A DNA stretch of 32,000 nucleotides from Desulfobulbus propionicus DSM 2032 (GCF_000186885.1 NC_014972.1:3210001-3242000); one strand, 5' to 3'. Shown: positions 8,205 through 18,117, numbered from the stretch's first letter. Notes: a model not told the origin generated them from the sequence alone. Translations and numbers: made by a program.

Positions 8205-8723
8205 ATGCGCATTGCCGTTCTCTCCGACAGTCATGATCACATTGCCAACCTGCACAGGGCTGTTCAAATGGCCAATCAACATCGGGCGGAACTGCTGCTG
8301 CACTGCGGGGATTTGATTTCTTCCTTCATGCTGCCCTATCTGCACGCTTTTCAAGGCCCGGTTCATCTTGTTTACGGCAACAATATCGGCGACCAGCATC
8401 TGATCGCTACACGCTGCGGCGCAATCTTTGGCAACCTGCATCACCATGGGTGTCATCATGGAACCATCTGTTTGCCCGCGTTGCGCATCGCCTGCCATCA
8501 CTATCCCGCATTCGCCCGTGAGCTGGCCTGTTCTGGACATTTCGATCTTGTCTGTTATGGTCACGACCATCTTTTTCATTCCGAGCAGATCGGTGACTGC
8601 CTGCTGGTTAACCCAGGAGAACTTCTCGGAAAAGACGCTGCTCCCACGTTCGCCTTGGTCGATACCGAACACAAGACGGTGCAACGGCTCGCAGTTGGAA
8701 CCCAGATGTTGATTGACAGTTGA
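8205..8723 (+). CDS. Metallophosphoesterase, YfcE/MJ0936 phosphodiesterase family
   Basis: Calcineurin-like motif set: MRIAVLSDSHD, HCGDL, YGNN, GHDH, VNPGE. Confidence 0.75.
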   Translation: MRIAVLSDSHDHIANLHRAVQMANQHRAELLLHCGDLISSFMLPYLHAFQGPVHLVYGNNIGDQHLIATRCGAIFGNLHHHGCHHGTICLPALRIACHHYPAFARELACSGHFDLVCYGHDHLFHSEQIGDCLLVNPGELLGKDAAPTFALVDTEHKTVQRLAVGTQMLIDS

Positions 8724-8808
8724 TCCATCCCGCACGGATGTGATCGCGGCGCTGGCTGCGCCCCATCGGGGGGCCTGCCGGTTAATTTTATCGAGACAGC
8801 AGAGAACC

Positions 8809-9975
8809 ATGAGTGACGAAACTTTTGCAGATCTTTTCCAGGCGAACACCGTAGCCCGTTCAACCCTCCAGCCGGGAGGGCGGGTGGAGGCTGCCGTTGT
8901 AGGCATCAGCGGCGATAACATCTTCCTTGACGTCGGCGGTAAGAGCGAGGGCGTGCTCCATGCCTCAGAACTGCGCAACGACCAAGGAGAACTGACCATA
9001 GCCCCCGGTGACCGGATCGATGTTTTCTTCCTGGCCGCCCGTGGCGGCGAATTGGTCTTCACCACCCGTCTTGGTTCCGGTCAGACCGGCTCGCGGGAAC
9101 TGGAAGAGGCTTTTCAGTCGGGCATCCCGGTTGAAGGTAAGGTGACAGGAGAAGTCAAGGGTGGGTTCTCGGTGACCGTTGCCGGACAGCGCGGCTTTTG
9201 TCCCTACTCGCAGATGGATATCCGCAAGGTAGAAAATGCCGAAGAATATCTTGAAAAAATCATGACCTTCAAGATCATCGAGTACGGCAGCCAGGGAAGG
9301 AACATTATCCTGTCGGCCCGAGCAGTTCAGGAGGAAAAACGCCAGCAGGAGCGCGAGGCGCTGAAAGCGCGACTCAACGAAGGCATGCAGGTAAGCGGTG
9401 AGGTCACCTCCATCCGCGAATTTGGCGCCTTTGTTGACATTGGCGGCATCGACGGGCTCATCCCCCTTTCCGAACTTGCCTGGGGGCAAACCGACAAGGT
9501 CGAAGATGTCCTCCAACGCGGCCAGCAGGTCGAGGTGATCATCAAACGGCTGGATTGGGACAAGGATCGCATCTCGCTCAGTCTGCGTGAAACCACGGAA
9601 GATCCCTGGAACAAGGCGTTGACCCAGTATCCCATCGGCTCGGTCCACCAAGGAAAGGTTTCACGGCTCGCCGCATTCGGGGCCTTCGTCACCCTGGAAC
9701 CGGGGATTGACGGCCTGTTGCACATCTCCAAACTCGGGGGGGGGCGGCGGATTCATCATCCTCGCGAGGTGTTGGAAGCCGGCCAGGAACTGACCGTAAA
9801 AATCGAGTCCATCGACAGAGAGCAAAAGCGCATTGCCCTCGCTCCTGAAGATTACACCGCCAGTGAGCAGCCGGAGCGGGAAAAGTACACACCTCCACCC
9901 GCCGCCAAGGAGTCCCCCTCCATGGGCACCTTGGGCGACTTATTGAAGTCGCAGATGAACAAAAGGAAAAAATAG
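8809..9975 (+). CDS. S1 RNA-binding domain protein (RpsA-like, four S1 repeats, 388 aa)
   Basis: Four repeats of the S1 fold: G.VEAAVVGISGDNIFLDVGGKSEGVL; VEGKVTGEVKGGFSVTVAGQRGFCP; VSGEVTSIREFGAFVDIGGIDGLIPLSE; HQGKVSRLAAFGAFVTLEPGIDGLLHISK. It is shorter than canonical six-domain RpsA. I chose start ATG 8809 (MSDETF...) because the track's 8713 start overlaps the upstream gene. Confidence 0.8.
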   Translation: MSDETFADLFQANTVARSTLQPGGRVEAAVVGISGDNIFLDVGGKSEGVLHASELRNDQGELTIAPGDRIDVFFLAARGGELVFTTRLGSGQTGSRELEEAFQSGIPVEGKVTGEVKGGFSVTVAGQRGFCPYSQMDIRKVENAEEYLEKIMTFKIIEYGSQGRNIILSARAVQEEKRQQEREALKARLNEGMQVSGEVTSIREFGAFVDIGGIDGLIPLSELAWGQTDKVEDVLQRGQQVEVIIKRLDWDKDRISLSLRETTEDPWNKALTQYPIGSVHQGKVSRLAAFGAFVTLEPGIDGLLHISKLGGGRRIHHPREVLEAGQELTVKIESIDREQKRIALAPEDYTASEQPEREKYTPPPAAKESPSMGTLGDLLKSQMNKRKK

Positions 9976-9983
9976 CAAAGACT

Positions 9984-10020
9984 CCCGCATCAGGGCAACA
10001 TCGTGGTGTCCTGATGCGGG
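9984..10020. terminator. Hairpin between the convergent S1-protein and rlmB genes
   Basis: Perfect 11-bp stem cccgcatcagg/cctgatgcggg with a 15-nt loop. There is no adjacent T tract on the plus strand, and the minus-strand T-run is 12 nt away, so it is non-canonical. Confidence 0.4.
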
Positions 10021-10030
10021 ACGGACGATC

Positions 10031-10840
10031 TCACAGGGAACGGCGGGCGATCTCAAACATGATGACGGCCGCAGCCACCGAGGCGTTCAGCGAGTTGAAC
10101 GAAGCCTGCATGGGAATCGTCACCAGCACATCGCATTGCTTCCGTACCAGTGGCCGTATGCCCTTGCCTTCGCTGCCAATGACCAGGCAGATCGGCCCTG
10201 AAAAATCAGTGGTGTAGATCGGAGCGGCATTCGCTTCGGCTATCGCGCCGAAAATCCAGAATCCTTGCTCCTTCAACCTGTTGAGGGCATCGACCAAATT
10301 GACGACCTGGCATAACCGCAGATGGGACACGGCGCCGGCCGAGGTGCGGGCGACGGTGCCGGTGAGGGGCACGCTGCGTTCCCTGGTGAGGATCACCCGG
10401 GAAAACCCCGCGGCCAGGGCGGAACGCAGAATCGAACCCACGTTGCGCGGGTCCTGCAGAGAGTCAAGCACCAGGATGCGTGCCTGAGTTGTTTGTTCTT
10501 CGTCCGTGATCCCGGCCAGCAGATCCTCCAGCGACAGAAGACGGGCTTCGCTCTGCCGCGCCACCACCCCCTGATGTCGGCAATTTTTCGGCACCCCCAT
10601 CCTGGCGCCATCAACAAAGCGAACCGCGATCGCATGGCTTTTCGCATGGTCGATGATCTGCTGCAGACGCGGACCGGCTTTGCCCTTTTGCACCAGAATT
10701 TCACTGATTCCGCCACATCCTTCCTGCTGGAGGGTCTCCCAAACCGCGTTGAATCCCCACAGGAGATCCTCGGAAGGTTCATCTGAAGCAAACGGTCGCG
10801 CTGGTTTGGTGACCGTTGATTCTCGCCGCTTGCACTCCAT
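10031..10840 (-). CDS. rlmB: 23S rRNA (guanosine-2'-O)-methyltransferase RlmB (SpoU/TrmH family)
   Basis: SpoU motifs LDSLQDPRNVGSILRSA, LVIGSEGKGI and IPM....SLNASVAAAV, plus the N-terminal substrate-binding domain. ATG 10840 forms a TGATG overlap with the gmk stop. A GTG at 10852 is an alternative start. Confidence 0.8.
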   Translation of the reverse strand: MECKRRESTVTKPARPFASDEPSEDLLWGFNAVWETLQQEGCGGISEILVQKGKAGPRLQQIIDHAKSHAIAVRFVDGARMGVPKNCRHQGVVARQSEARLLSLEDLLAGITDEEQTTQARILVLDSLQDPRNVGSILRSALAAGFSRVILTRERSVPLTGTVARTSAGAVSHLRLCQVVNLVDALNRLKEQGFWIFGAIAEANAAPIYTTDFSGPICLVIGSEGKGIRPLVRKQCDVLVTIPMQASFNSLNASVAAAVIMFEIARRSL

Positions 10841-11448
10841 CAGGTTGACCACGACATCGGTTGCCCAGAGGAGGTCCGCCGCCGCCGACAGCGCTCGGCG
10901 ATGATGATGCTGCGCAGGCTCTCCACCGCCTCGTCAAGCCGGTCATTGACAATCAGATAGTCATAGGCGTTGACACAGGCCAATTCCTTGCGGGCATTGT
11001 TCAGGCGAACAGCCAGCGTCGCCTCGTCTTCCGTGCCCCGTCCTCGCAATCGCTGCTCCAAATCGGCAAGGGTCGGCGGAGCAATGAACACCGTCACGGG
11101 ATTGGTTCTTTGGCACACCTGCGCCGCCCCCTGAACGTCAATATCCAAGAGCACATCCAACCCTGCCCGCTGATGTCGCTCCACCTCGGCTACACTGGTA
11201 CCGTAAAGGTTGCCATGGACCTCCGCCCATTCAAGAAAGCCTGTGGGTTGCTGGTTGCGAATGGCGGCGAAGGTATTCTGGTCGACGAAATGATAGTGTA
11301 TGCCCTCGTGTTCGCCAGGGCGGGGGGGACGAGTGGTGTGGGAGACGGAGAAGACCAGTCCAGGCAGCTCCCGCATCACCCGGTTGACGATGGTGGTCTT
11401 GCCGCAGCCGGAAGGGGCGGAAAGCACAAGTAACAGGCAGTCATGCAT
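10840..11448 (-). CDS. gmk: Guanylate kinase
   Basis: Motifs: [15 protein letters not shown] (P-loop), [39 protein letters not shown] 11448 overlaps the remA-like stop by 8 nt. Confidence 0.9.
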   Translation of the reverse strand: MHDCLLLVLSAPSGCGKTTIVNRVMRELPGLVFSVSHTTRPPRPGEHEGIHYHFVDQNTFAAIRNQQPTGFLEWAEVHGNLYGTSVAEVERHQRAGLDVLLDIDVQGAAQVCQRTNPVTVFIAPPTLADLEQRLRGRGTEDEATLAVRLNNARKELACVNAYDYLIVNDRLDEAVESLRSIIIAERCRRRRTSSGQPMSWST

Positions 11449-11746
11449 CGGCGTCCTCCTCTTTGCCCTTGGCCAGTAGATGGGTGGGGTTGCGGTATTC
11501 CTGATCAATGGCCAGCAGTCGCTGACTGATCGTTTCTGGTTGCACCGAGGAAAGAATGAGATGGCCGGAATCGAGCAGGATGATGGCGCGGGTACGTCGT
11601 CCTTCGGTGACGTCGATCAGCTTTTTTTCCGCCCTGGCCTCTTCCTTCAACTTGCGGATGGGCGAAGAGCCAGGATTGACCACCGCCAGAATGCGGCTAA
11701 CCTTAACGGCATTGCCAAAGCCGATATTGAGCAACCTGCTGTCCAT
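11441..11746 (-). CDS. remA: DUF370 / RemA-family protein (YlzA-like regulator)
   Basis: [73 protein letters not shown] closely matches B. subtilis RemA as I remember it. The start is uncertain: in-frame ATGs at 11746, 11755 and 11809, the last abutting the yicC stop. Confidence 0.8.
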   Translation of the reverse strand: MDSRLLNIGFGNAVKVSRILAVVNPGSSPIRKLKEEARAEKKLIDVTEGRRTRAIILLDSGHLILSSVQPETISQRLLAIDQEYRNPTHLLAKGKEEDADA

Positions 11747-11809
11747 ACATTTCATCAAGAGTAAGAGGGAGAGGAGAACCAACGCTGCACAGCGCGGAGA
11801 TCGGCGCAT

Positions 11810-12691
11810 TCACTCGATATTCTGCACCTGCTCGCGCAATTTTTCGATCTCGTTTTTCATTTCCACCGCCAGATGGGCAATACCGGCATTGGCGATCTTT
11901 GAGGAGAGGGTGTTCACTTCGCGCAAGAATTCCTGGAGGAGAAAATCGAGTCGACGGCCAACCGGCTCATCGCTGACCAGGTAGGCGCGAAATTGGGCCA
12001 TGTGGCTGCCAAGCCGCGTAATTTCCTCGGTCACGTCACTTTTGTCGGCCATGATCGCAGCTTCCTGGGCCAAACGCAGGGGATCGAGATCAAGGCCCTC
12101 CAGCAGCTTGGCCACCCGGAGGCGGAGTTCCTGCTGGCGTTGCCGGAGGAGCTCTGGAATGCGGTTGTCGATCTGACGAACGATCGATTCGAACCTGGCC
12201 AGCCTGCCAAGCAGATCACGTGCGAGTGCTTGCCCCTCTTGTTCGCGCATGGTGTCACAATCATGGAGAGCGGCCTCCAGGGCAGCGCTGATCAGTGCCC
12301 ACTCCGCATCCATGTCAGGATGTTGCTCCTCCAGACTAACGACATCCCGCAAGGTTAGCATGTCACGCAAGCTGATCTCGGCATCGATCCGGTAGTCCTC
12401 GACCAGTTGCTGCAAGCAGCGATGGTACTGGCGGGCTACGCTGTCATTGACCACCAGGTGCGGTTCCGCCGGTGAGATGCCGTGCAGGCTGAAGGTGATA
12501 TCAACCCGCCCTCGATCAAGCATGGAGGCGACCTTTTTCTTGACCGGTTCCTCCAAGGCGGCAAACAGCCGTGGAAGAACAACTCGTTGGTCAAGAAAAC
12601 GGTGGTTGACAGTACGGACTTCAGCCACCCAGGTCCGTCCTCCCTCGGAGGCTTCCCCCCGACCAAATCCGGTCATGCTTCGTGGTCGCAT
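11810..12691 (-). CDS. yicC: YicC-family stress-induced protein (TIGR00255)
   Basis: N-terminal MRPRSMTGFGRG and C-terminal FLLQEFLREVNTLSSK......EMK.EIEKLREQVQNIE are YicC hallmarks. SD AGGAGA lies 7 nt before ATG 12691. The track's longer start at 12802 overlaps the upstream gene. Confidence 0.85.
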   Translation of the reverse strand: MRPRSMTGFGRGEASEGGRTWVAEVRTVNHRFLDQRVVLPRLFAALEEPVKKKVASMLDRGRVDITFSLHGISPAEPHLVVNDSVARQYHRCLQQLVEDYRIDAEISLRDMLTLRDVVSLEEQHPDMDAEWALISAALEAALHDCDTMREQEGQALARDLLGRLARFESIVRQIDNRIPELLRQRQQELRLRVAKLLEGLDLDPLRLAQEAAIMADKSDVTEEITRLGSHMAQFRAYLVSDEPVGRRLDFLLQEFLREVNTLSSKIANAGIAHLAVEMKNEIEKLREQVQNIE

Positions 12692-12750
12692 TGCTTGTTC
12701 TCCTGGCGATAAAACTGCCCCGTAACCACTTCCCCTAAAGAAGCTCGGGG

Positions 12751-13752
12751 CTACGCGCAATCCTTTTGCAGCGCCTCGCGCAACTCGGCGGTCGTGACGC
12801 AAGCCGTACCTATCTTGCCGACCACGATACCGGCGGCGTGATTTGCAAGCGCAGCCGCCTCACCCATCGCGCAGCCGGCAGCAAGCCCGAGTGCCAGCGT
12901 CGCGGCCACCGTGTCTCCGGCTCCAGTCACATCGTAGACTTCCTTGGCCATGGTCGGGATGGTCACCAGCTCATCCTCGCCTTGCAACAAGGCCATGCCG
13001 GCCTCGCCCCTGGTGACCAGGACCGCTTCACAGCCAAGATCATCTCGAATCTGCCGGGCAGCGGCAAACAGACTCTTCTGATCATCGATCCGCATTCCGG
13101 CCATCTGCATCGCTTCGTGGTGGTTGGGAGTGATGACGGTGGCGCCAACAAAACAGTGCGCATTGGCAGGTTTCGGATCGACGATCAAGGGGAGCGGTCG
13201 TTTGTCCCGATGGCGAACTGCATGGAGCAACTGGTGCAGGCGGATCATGAGGTGCTCGCTGACCACCCCTTTGGCGTAATCCGAAACCACGACAGCATCA
13301 AAGCTGTGCACATTGGTTTCAAGATAGTGCAACAGGGCCTCCAGTGATTTTTTTGAAGGCACTCCAGTCTGTTCACGATCAAATCGGACTACTTGCTGTC
13401 CTTGGGCAACGACCCGGGTCTTCACTGTGGTGGGACGCTGCCCCACGACCAATCCATCCGTGGGCACTCCGAGCTGGCCGACCAGCTCGATGGCCTTGTG
13501 TCCCATGGAATCATCGCCGATTAATCCGCACAGCGCGCCGCTTCCGCCCAGGGAAACGATATTGCGCAACACGTTGGCTCCCCCACCCAGCAATAGGTTC
13601 TCCCGTTGCACATTGACAACCGGAACCGGGGCCTCTGGCGATATGCGCGTGGCGGTTCCCCAGAGAAAATGATCGATGATGATGTCACCGATCACCAAAA
13701 CTCTGGCCTTGGCAAACCGGTCAAGCGCTCCTGACAATACGTGGATGGACAT
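12751..13752 (-). CDS. hldA: D-glycero-beta-D-manno-heptose-7-phosphate kinase (RfaE domain I / HldA; PfkB family)
   Basis: VLVIGDIIIDHFLWGTATRISPEAPVPVV, GGGANVLRNI and the C-terminal DVTGAGDTV match the HldE kinase domain. At 333 aa it has the kinase domain only, with no adenylyltransferase domain. Confidence 0.75.
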   Translation of the reverse strand: MSIHVLSGALDRFAKARVLVIGDIIIDHFLWGTATRISPEAPVPVVNVQRENLLLGGGANVLRNIVSLGGSGALCGLIGDDSMGHKAIELVGQLGVPTDGLVVGQRPTTVKTRVVAQGQQVVRFDREQTGVPSKKSLEALLHYLETNVHSFDAVVVSDYAKGVVSEHLMIRLHQLLHAVRHRDKRPLPLIVDPKPANAHCFVGATVITPNHHEAMQMAGMRIDDQKSLFAAARQIRDDLGCEAVLVTRGEAGMALLQGEDELVTIPTMAKEVYDVTGAGDTVAATLALGLAAGCAMGEAAALANHAAGIVVGKIGTACVTTAELREALQKDCA

Positions 13753-13791
13753 TCTGATGTCGAAAAAGGAATGATGAAGAGCGACCAGCGC

Positions 13792-14322
13792 CTACTTCAT
13801 CACCTTGTTCAATTCTGACACAACATCAGCGGAAATGTCGACCGAATCAGCGGAAAAGAGGACGACATTCCGCGGCAGCACCACTGTGTAGCCTCCATCA
13901 TCAGCCACCTTGCCGACAATCTCTTCCAGTTTCTTGAGAATAGGATTGACATGCTGCTCGCGCAGTTTTTTCAACTCCTGGTTCGCTTCGTCCTGCTTGA
14001 CCGCCAAGTCACGTCTCTTTTTCTGAAATTCCGCCGCTTTCTCCTGCTTGACACTGTCACTCCACGCAGAACCCTTCTTCTCCATTTCCTTCTGCATGTT
14101 GATCAGCGCCGTCTCATCGTTTTTAAAGGAAGCCTGCAGGGACTTCATCTTCTGCTCGATGATTCCTTGTGCTCGTTTTCCTGCGGTCGAGGAAGAAAGC
14201 ACCTGTTTCATGTCGATCACACCAATTTTGGTGTCTGCGGCCACGACATCGCCACACACCAGAGATATCGCCATAACGACCACGCAACCGATGTAGCCAA
14301 CCGTCTTTTTCATACGCTTCAC
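13792..14322 (-). CDS. skp: Periplasmic chaperone Skp (OmpH family)
   Basis: Signal peptide, then IGVIDMKQVL and a long K/E/Q-rich coiled region typical of OmpH. The GTG at 14322 has SD AGGAG 8 nt upstream. ATG 14313 is an alternative start. Confidence 0.8.
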   Translation of the reverse strand: MKRMKKTVGYIGCVVVMAISLVCGDVVAADTKIGVIDMKQVLSSSTAGKRAQGIIEQKMKSLQASFKNDETALINMQKEMEKKGSAWSDSVKQEKAAEFQKKRRDLAVKQDEANQELKKLREQHVNPILKKLEEIVGKVADDGGYTVVLPRNVVLFSADSVDISADVVSELNKVMK

Positions 14323-14397
14323 TCTTTCTTCTCCTAACTTTGTCTTGATCCCGGAAACGCGACTGCTTCACGGTCGCGAGGAATGGATGAACCAGAA

Positions 14398-14433
14398 TAT
14401 AAAAACCGGGTAAGGGCTGCTGCCCATACCCGG
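14398..14433 (-). terminator. Rho-independent terminator of pal
   Basis: Minus strand: ccgggtatgggcagcagcccttacccgg (7-bp outer stem plus an inner gggc/gccc stem) followed by TTTTTATATT, 25 nt downstream of the pal stop. Confidence 0.75.
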
Positions 14434-14457
14434 CTGTTCACCAATCAATACAACATG

Positions 14458-14970
14458 CTATTTTACAATAACGAAATCGTCGCGCCGATTCTGCGCCCAG
14501 GAGATTTCATCATGGCCGAACAGCAACAACTTTTCCTCCCCAAAACTAACCGTGGTCAGCTGGTTGGAATTGACGCCAAGGTTAATCAGGTAGGTCTTGG
14601 CACTCTGGGCACGCCGCTCACCCAACGCAATATTGTACTCCTGCGTGCCACGGGGATCGCAGTTCCCCTCGATTCTAATTTTCAGATCAGGGTTCTTTTT
14701 GATGAAGTCGGCGTTGGTCTCGATTCGCTGTACCTGCTCACCGGTGATGCTGGAGCTGTCAAATTCGAAATAGACTGGCACCATCGGGCCCGATGTCCGC
14801 CCTTCCATGATGCCGGAATCTTCCGTCTCCAGAGGCTCCGACGCACCTGCCCCCTCGGTGCCAGTCACCTGTGACGTGGTGTCCGCAGCCTTCTTGCTGC
14901 AGCCTGTCAGGCTGACGCCAAGGGCAAGGAAAGCCAACATAACGAAATTCAACATTTTTTTACTGCTCAT
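14458..14970 (-). CDS. pal: Peptidoglycan-associated lipoprotein Pal (OmpA-C domain)
   Basis: Lipobox LTGC after a signal peptide. VYFEFDSSSI...IEGNCDPRGTQEYNIALGERRAQS...WAQNRRDDFV matches Pal. SD GGGAGGGAGAA sits immediately upstream of ATG 14970. Confidence 0.88.
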   Translation of the reverse strand: MSSKKMLNFVMLAFLALGVSLTGCSKKAADTTSQVTGTEGAGASEPLETEDSGIMEGRTSGPMVPVYFEFDSSSITGEQVQRIETNADFIKKNPDLKIRIEGNCDPRGTQEYNIALGERRAQSAKTYLINLGVNSNQLTTVSFGEEKLLLFGHDEISWAQNRRDDFVIVK

Positions 14971-15071
14971 TTCTCCCTCCCATATCAATAAAAAATAAAC
15001 AAATGCACGTTTCGACAATTTACTTCGCCAACTAAGAAAAACAACTATTTTTTCCCGAAAAATAAAATTCC

Positions 15072-15100
15072 TTGCAAAAGCCCATGAGCCTCTCTACATT
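15072..15100 (+). promoter_or_regulatory. Candidate sigma70 promoter for glgP
   Basis: TTGCAA (15072..15077), a 17-nt spacer, then TACATT (15095..15100), about 58 nt upstream of ATG 15158 in the AT-rich pal/glgP divergent region. This is a pattern match only. Confidence 0.4.
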
Positions 15101-15157
15101 CTGTGAGATTTTGCCGATGTCCTTCTCCCTTTTTTTCTGAGAAAAAGTATTACTCAC

Positions 15158-17353
15158 ATGATCGTACACCAACCCGCCTCAACGGATACCGTAGAGAGTC
15201 TTGTCTGCTCCAATCGCTTCGGAACATTTTTCGGTGTCCCCCAACAGGTGTTTGACACCGTGTGGCGCAACCTGACCAAGCCCGATCGCAGCGCGGTCGC
15301 CTATGTTTCCATGGAAATAGGCGCCGATCCGGATGTATTTCATCCATTGAGAGATTTTCTGGAACAAAAGGGAATCATCGACAGTCCCAATCCGCAACGG
15401 CAAGCCCTGCTGCGTAAATATCTCCATGGACCGCGCAAAATCCCCAACTACAGTGGCGGTCTCGGGGTCCTTGCCGGTGACACCCTGAAAAGTTTTGCCG
15501 ATCTGCACCTGCCCGTTCTGGCTATCAGCCTCCTCTACCGCGAAGGGTACTTTTCCCAGATCGTCGACTCCAAGGTTGGGCAAATCGACCATGCCACCCG
15601 GTGGACGCCCGAAGCCACGCCCACCCTGTTCCTGCTGCGCGATCCCCAAGCACCGGATCAGCCACTGACCATCGACATCCCCTTCTATAATGGCCAGCAC
15701 AGGCCGTCGATGGTCAAGGCCCAAGTCTGGATGAAAATGGAAATCGCCGACCAGCTCGACTATTTTGTTCCCGAGTTCTTGCTGGATTACAGTCTCCCCG
15801 ATGCCCCGCCCTGGGTGGTTGAGTCGGCCCATCAGCTGTACAATGCGAAGTCCACCATGATCAAGGCCAATCAACGCCGCATGCTCGGGTCTGCCATCCT
15901 GCCCCTACTGGAAACGCTCGGCATGGCAACGGACACCATCCATCTCAACGAACAGCATGGAGTGACGGTGACCCTGCACCTGATCCTTCGGGAACTCCAG
16001 GAAAAACTCGGCGACGCTTTTCCCGACACCATGACCGATGCCGACATTCTTGCCGCGGCAGCACAGGTCTCCCGCAAAATTGTGTATACCATTCATACCC
16101 CGGTCAAAGCCGGACACGACCGATTTTCCCGCGATCTCTATTCGGGGATCAGCCATAAGGCCTTTCAGCGGATACTCAACCTGCTTGCCCACGACGAAGA
16201 CATCGCTCACGAATACAACTTCACCGCCATGGCAATGCGGATCAACCGGGCCATCAACAGCGTCAGCCGATTGCATCGCGACGTCACCAAAAAGCAATTT
16301 CCAGCCTTCGCCCAGAAAATCAAAGCCATCACCAACGGCGTTCACCATCTGACCTGGATCAGTGACAACCGTATTAACTGTTTCAACCGCATCCCTTCCC
16401 TGCGCGACTGGCGCAACGATCCCAGCTGCTTTTCCGCCATTGCCGAACAGGATCTGCCGTTGTTGGCAAAACTGTTACAAAACGCCTGGGCCAAGGACAA
16501 CCAGTTACTCATCGGTTATGTGAACAACATGTTGAAACGCCACCGCGAGCAGATGATCGAAACGTGGATCGATCCTCCCAATCATCTCTCCGGTCTTCCT
16601 GAAACCGAATGGCTCAAGCCGGGGGTGTTCACCTTCGGTTTTGCTCGGCGATTTTCCACCTATAAACGGGCAGATCTTATCTTCGACGATATCGGCCGGC
16701 TGTCCGATATCCTCATCAAGAACAACTGGCCGGTCAACTTCATTTTCGCTGGCAAGGCTCACCCTGCGGATGAGCCGGGAAAATATGTGCTCAAGTTGAT
16801 TCTCGACAATCAAGAAGAACTGTACAAACGGAGCAACGGTCTGGGAAAACTCGTCTTTATTCCCGGCTACGACATGCGTGTGGCCAAAATGATGGTCGCC
16901 GGCGTTCACGCCTGGCTCAACAGCCCCAAGCGACCGCTCGAGGCCAGCGGCACCAGCGGCATGAAAGCCGCCATGAATGGCGTGCCGAACATCAGTATCA
17001 TGGACGGTTGGTGGGTGGAGGGCTATCATGAGGGGCAAACCGGGTGGAAATTCGGCTATGAAGGGCCGGTTGACGATGCCGATCTCAGCGAGGACCCGGA
17101 ATCCCTGCTGTACACCGAGGATGCGGCCGCGTTTTACGATCTGCTGCCCACGGTACTGGAGACATTTTATACCGATCCCGAATCCTATCTCACCCGCGCA
17201 CTGAACAACTTGCGACTCAATATTCCCATTTTCAATACCCATCGGATGGCGGCTGAATACGTCACCCAATACGCCCTGCAACTCGTGCCGCCATTGGCCG
17301 CGACCATTGATCGATTTCGCCAGTTGTATCAAAGCGACCGGCCCGAGCAATGA
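15158..17353 (+). CDS. glgP: Alpha-glucan (glycogen/maltodextrin) phosphorylase, GT35 'alpha-glucan family' type
   Basis: Motifs: YVSMEIG, NYSGGLGVLAGDTLKS, LLYREGYF, FARRFSTYKRA, GKAHPADEPGK, EASGTSGMKAAMNGVPNISIMDGWW (PLP-lysine motif). Confidence 0.88.
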   Translation: MIVHQPASTDTVESLVCSNRFGTFFGVPQQVFDTVWRNLTKPDRSAVAYVSMEIGADPDVFHPLRDFLEQKGIIDSPNPQRQALLRKYLHGPRKIPNYSGGLGVLAGDTLKSFADLHLPVLAISLLYREGYFSQIVDSKVGQIDHATRWTPEATPTLFLLRDPQAPDQPLTIDIPFYNGQHRPSMVKAQVWMKMEIADQLDYFVPEFLLDYSLPDAPPWVVESAHQLYNAKSTMIKANQRRMLGSAILPLLETLGMATDTIHLNEQHGVTVTLHLILRELQEKLGDAFPDTMTDADILAAAAQVSRKIVYTIHTPVKAGHDRFSRDLYSGISHKAFQRILNLLAHDEDIAHEYNFTAMAMRINRAINSVSRLHRDVTKKQFPAFAQKIKAITNGVHHLTWISDNRINCFNRIPSLRDWRNDPSCFSAIAEQDLPLLAKLLQNAWAKDNQLLIGYVNNMLKRHREQMIETWIDPPNHLSGLPETEWLKPGVFTFGFARRFSTYKRADLIFDDIGRLSDILIKNNWPVNFIFAGKAHPADEPGKYVLKLILDNQEELYKRSNGLGKLVFIPGYDMRVAKMMVAGVHAWLNSPKRPLEASGTSGMKAAMNGVPNISIMDGWWVEGYHEGQTGWKFGYEGPVDDADLSEDPESLLYTEDAAAFYDLLPTVLETFYTDPESYLTRALNNLRLNIPIFNTHRMAAEYVTQYALQLVPPLAATIDRFRQLYQSDRPEQ

Positions 17354-17686
17354 GCGACCGGCCCTCCCCCTTTTCGCAAAAAGAACGCTAACGGGCCGCC
17401 CAGGGGACTTTTTCTGTACAAAAGCAGTGCTTATCACTGTGAGGTACAGTATAAGAACACTCATCTTTCCGGGATTGGCGCCCTTTGACAGGGCATGCCT
17501 ATCAAGAGGCGTTTCGAGATGTTTCCTTGCCGGTCAGCTTTTTCCCATGCAGCGGATACATCGTCTATTTTTGCCCCCAAGATGAACCAGCGGCTGATCG
17601 TCATTGTCACGATGCACGACAGGAGGGTGGCAGCCGCACTACGATATCATTGAGAGACCAACAGCGACGAAGAAAGGAGCAACCCC

Positions 17687-18109
17687 ATGGCCCGTCATAT
17701 TAACCCGAGCAATTCCACCAATAAAACCATTGACGCCATCGACCGCAAAAGAGAGCGGGAACGGCAGTTCATGCTCAAGAAATCCCGAGAAATGGCTGCC
17801 GAACTGGCTGTCGCCCTCGTCCAAAGATTGCTGGATTTGCACATCATTGAGACCAATTCCGTGCATGCCATCCAAGAAGTCATGGCCAAACAGTTGCAAC
17901 AGTTGAGCGATATGGAAGAGTTCGACATGCAGTTTAAGATCGCTCCCATCCGGAACCTGACCCCCGACCCCAACGTCATCAGCCTTTTTCTCACCCAATT
18001 CATCATCGAGGATCTGATCAATCATGACAACATCCAAGATGTTTTTGGCGATGATCTTGAAATTTATCGGGCTGTTGATTCCATCCTGAATAGGATACGT
18101 CCCCGGTAA
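17687..18109 (+). CDS. Hypothetical protein (140 aa, acidic, predicted helical); family not recognised
   Basis: Strong SD (AAAGGAG 7 nt upstream of the ATG). The ORF has clean coding-like composition and ends 8 nt before the radical SAM gene start. I recognise no family motif. Confidence 0.6.
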   Translation: MARHINPSNSTNKTIDAIDRKRERERQFMLKKSREMAAELAVALVQRLLDLHIIETNSVHAIQEVMAKQLQQLSDMEEFDMQFKIAPIRNLTPDPNVISLFLTQFIIEDLINHDNIQDVFGDDLEIYRAVDSILNRIRPR

Positions 18110-18117
18110 CCTAGTCC

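Noticed and set aside
8196-9065. 289-aa minus-strand ORF
   Set aside because: It spans the antisense of two separate well-supported plus-strand genes (the yfcE-like gene and the S1-domain protein) and has no motifs.
15179-17464. Minus-strand ORFs of 231, 147 and 319 aa opposite glgP
   Set aside because: They are antisense shadows of the phosphorylase gene, which carries the PLP-lysine and GT35 motifs.
17354-17686. 330-nt gap after glgP: looked for a small RNA, a terminator or a promoter (hairpin ctgtac...gtacag at 17414..17449; TTGACA at ~17485)
   Set aside because: The hairpin lacks a T tract. The TTGACA has no properly spaced -10 element. I recognise no RNA family motif. I leave the region unannotated rather than over-call it.
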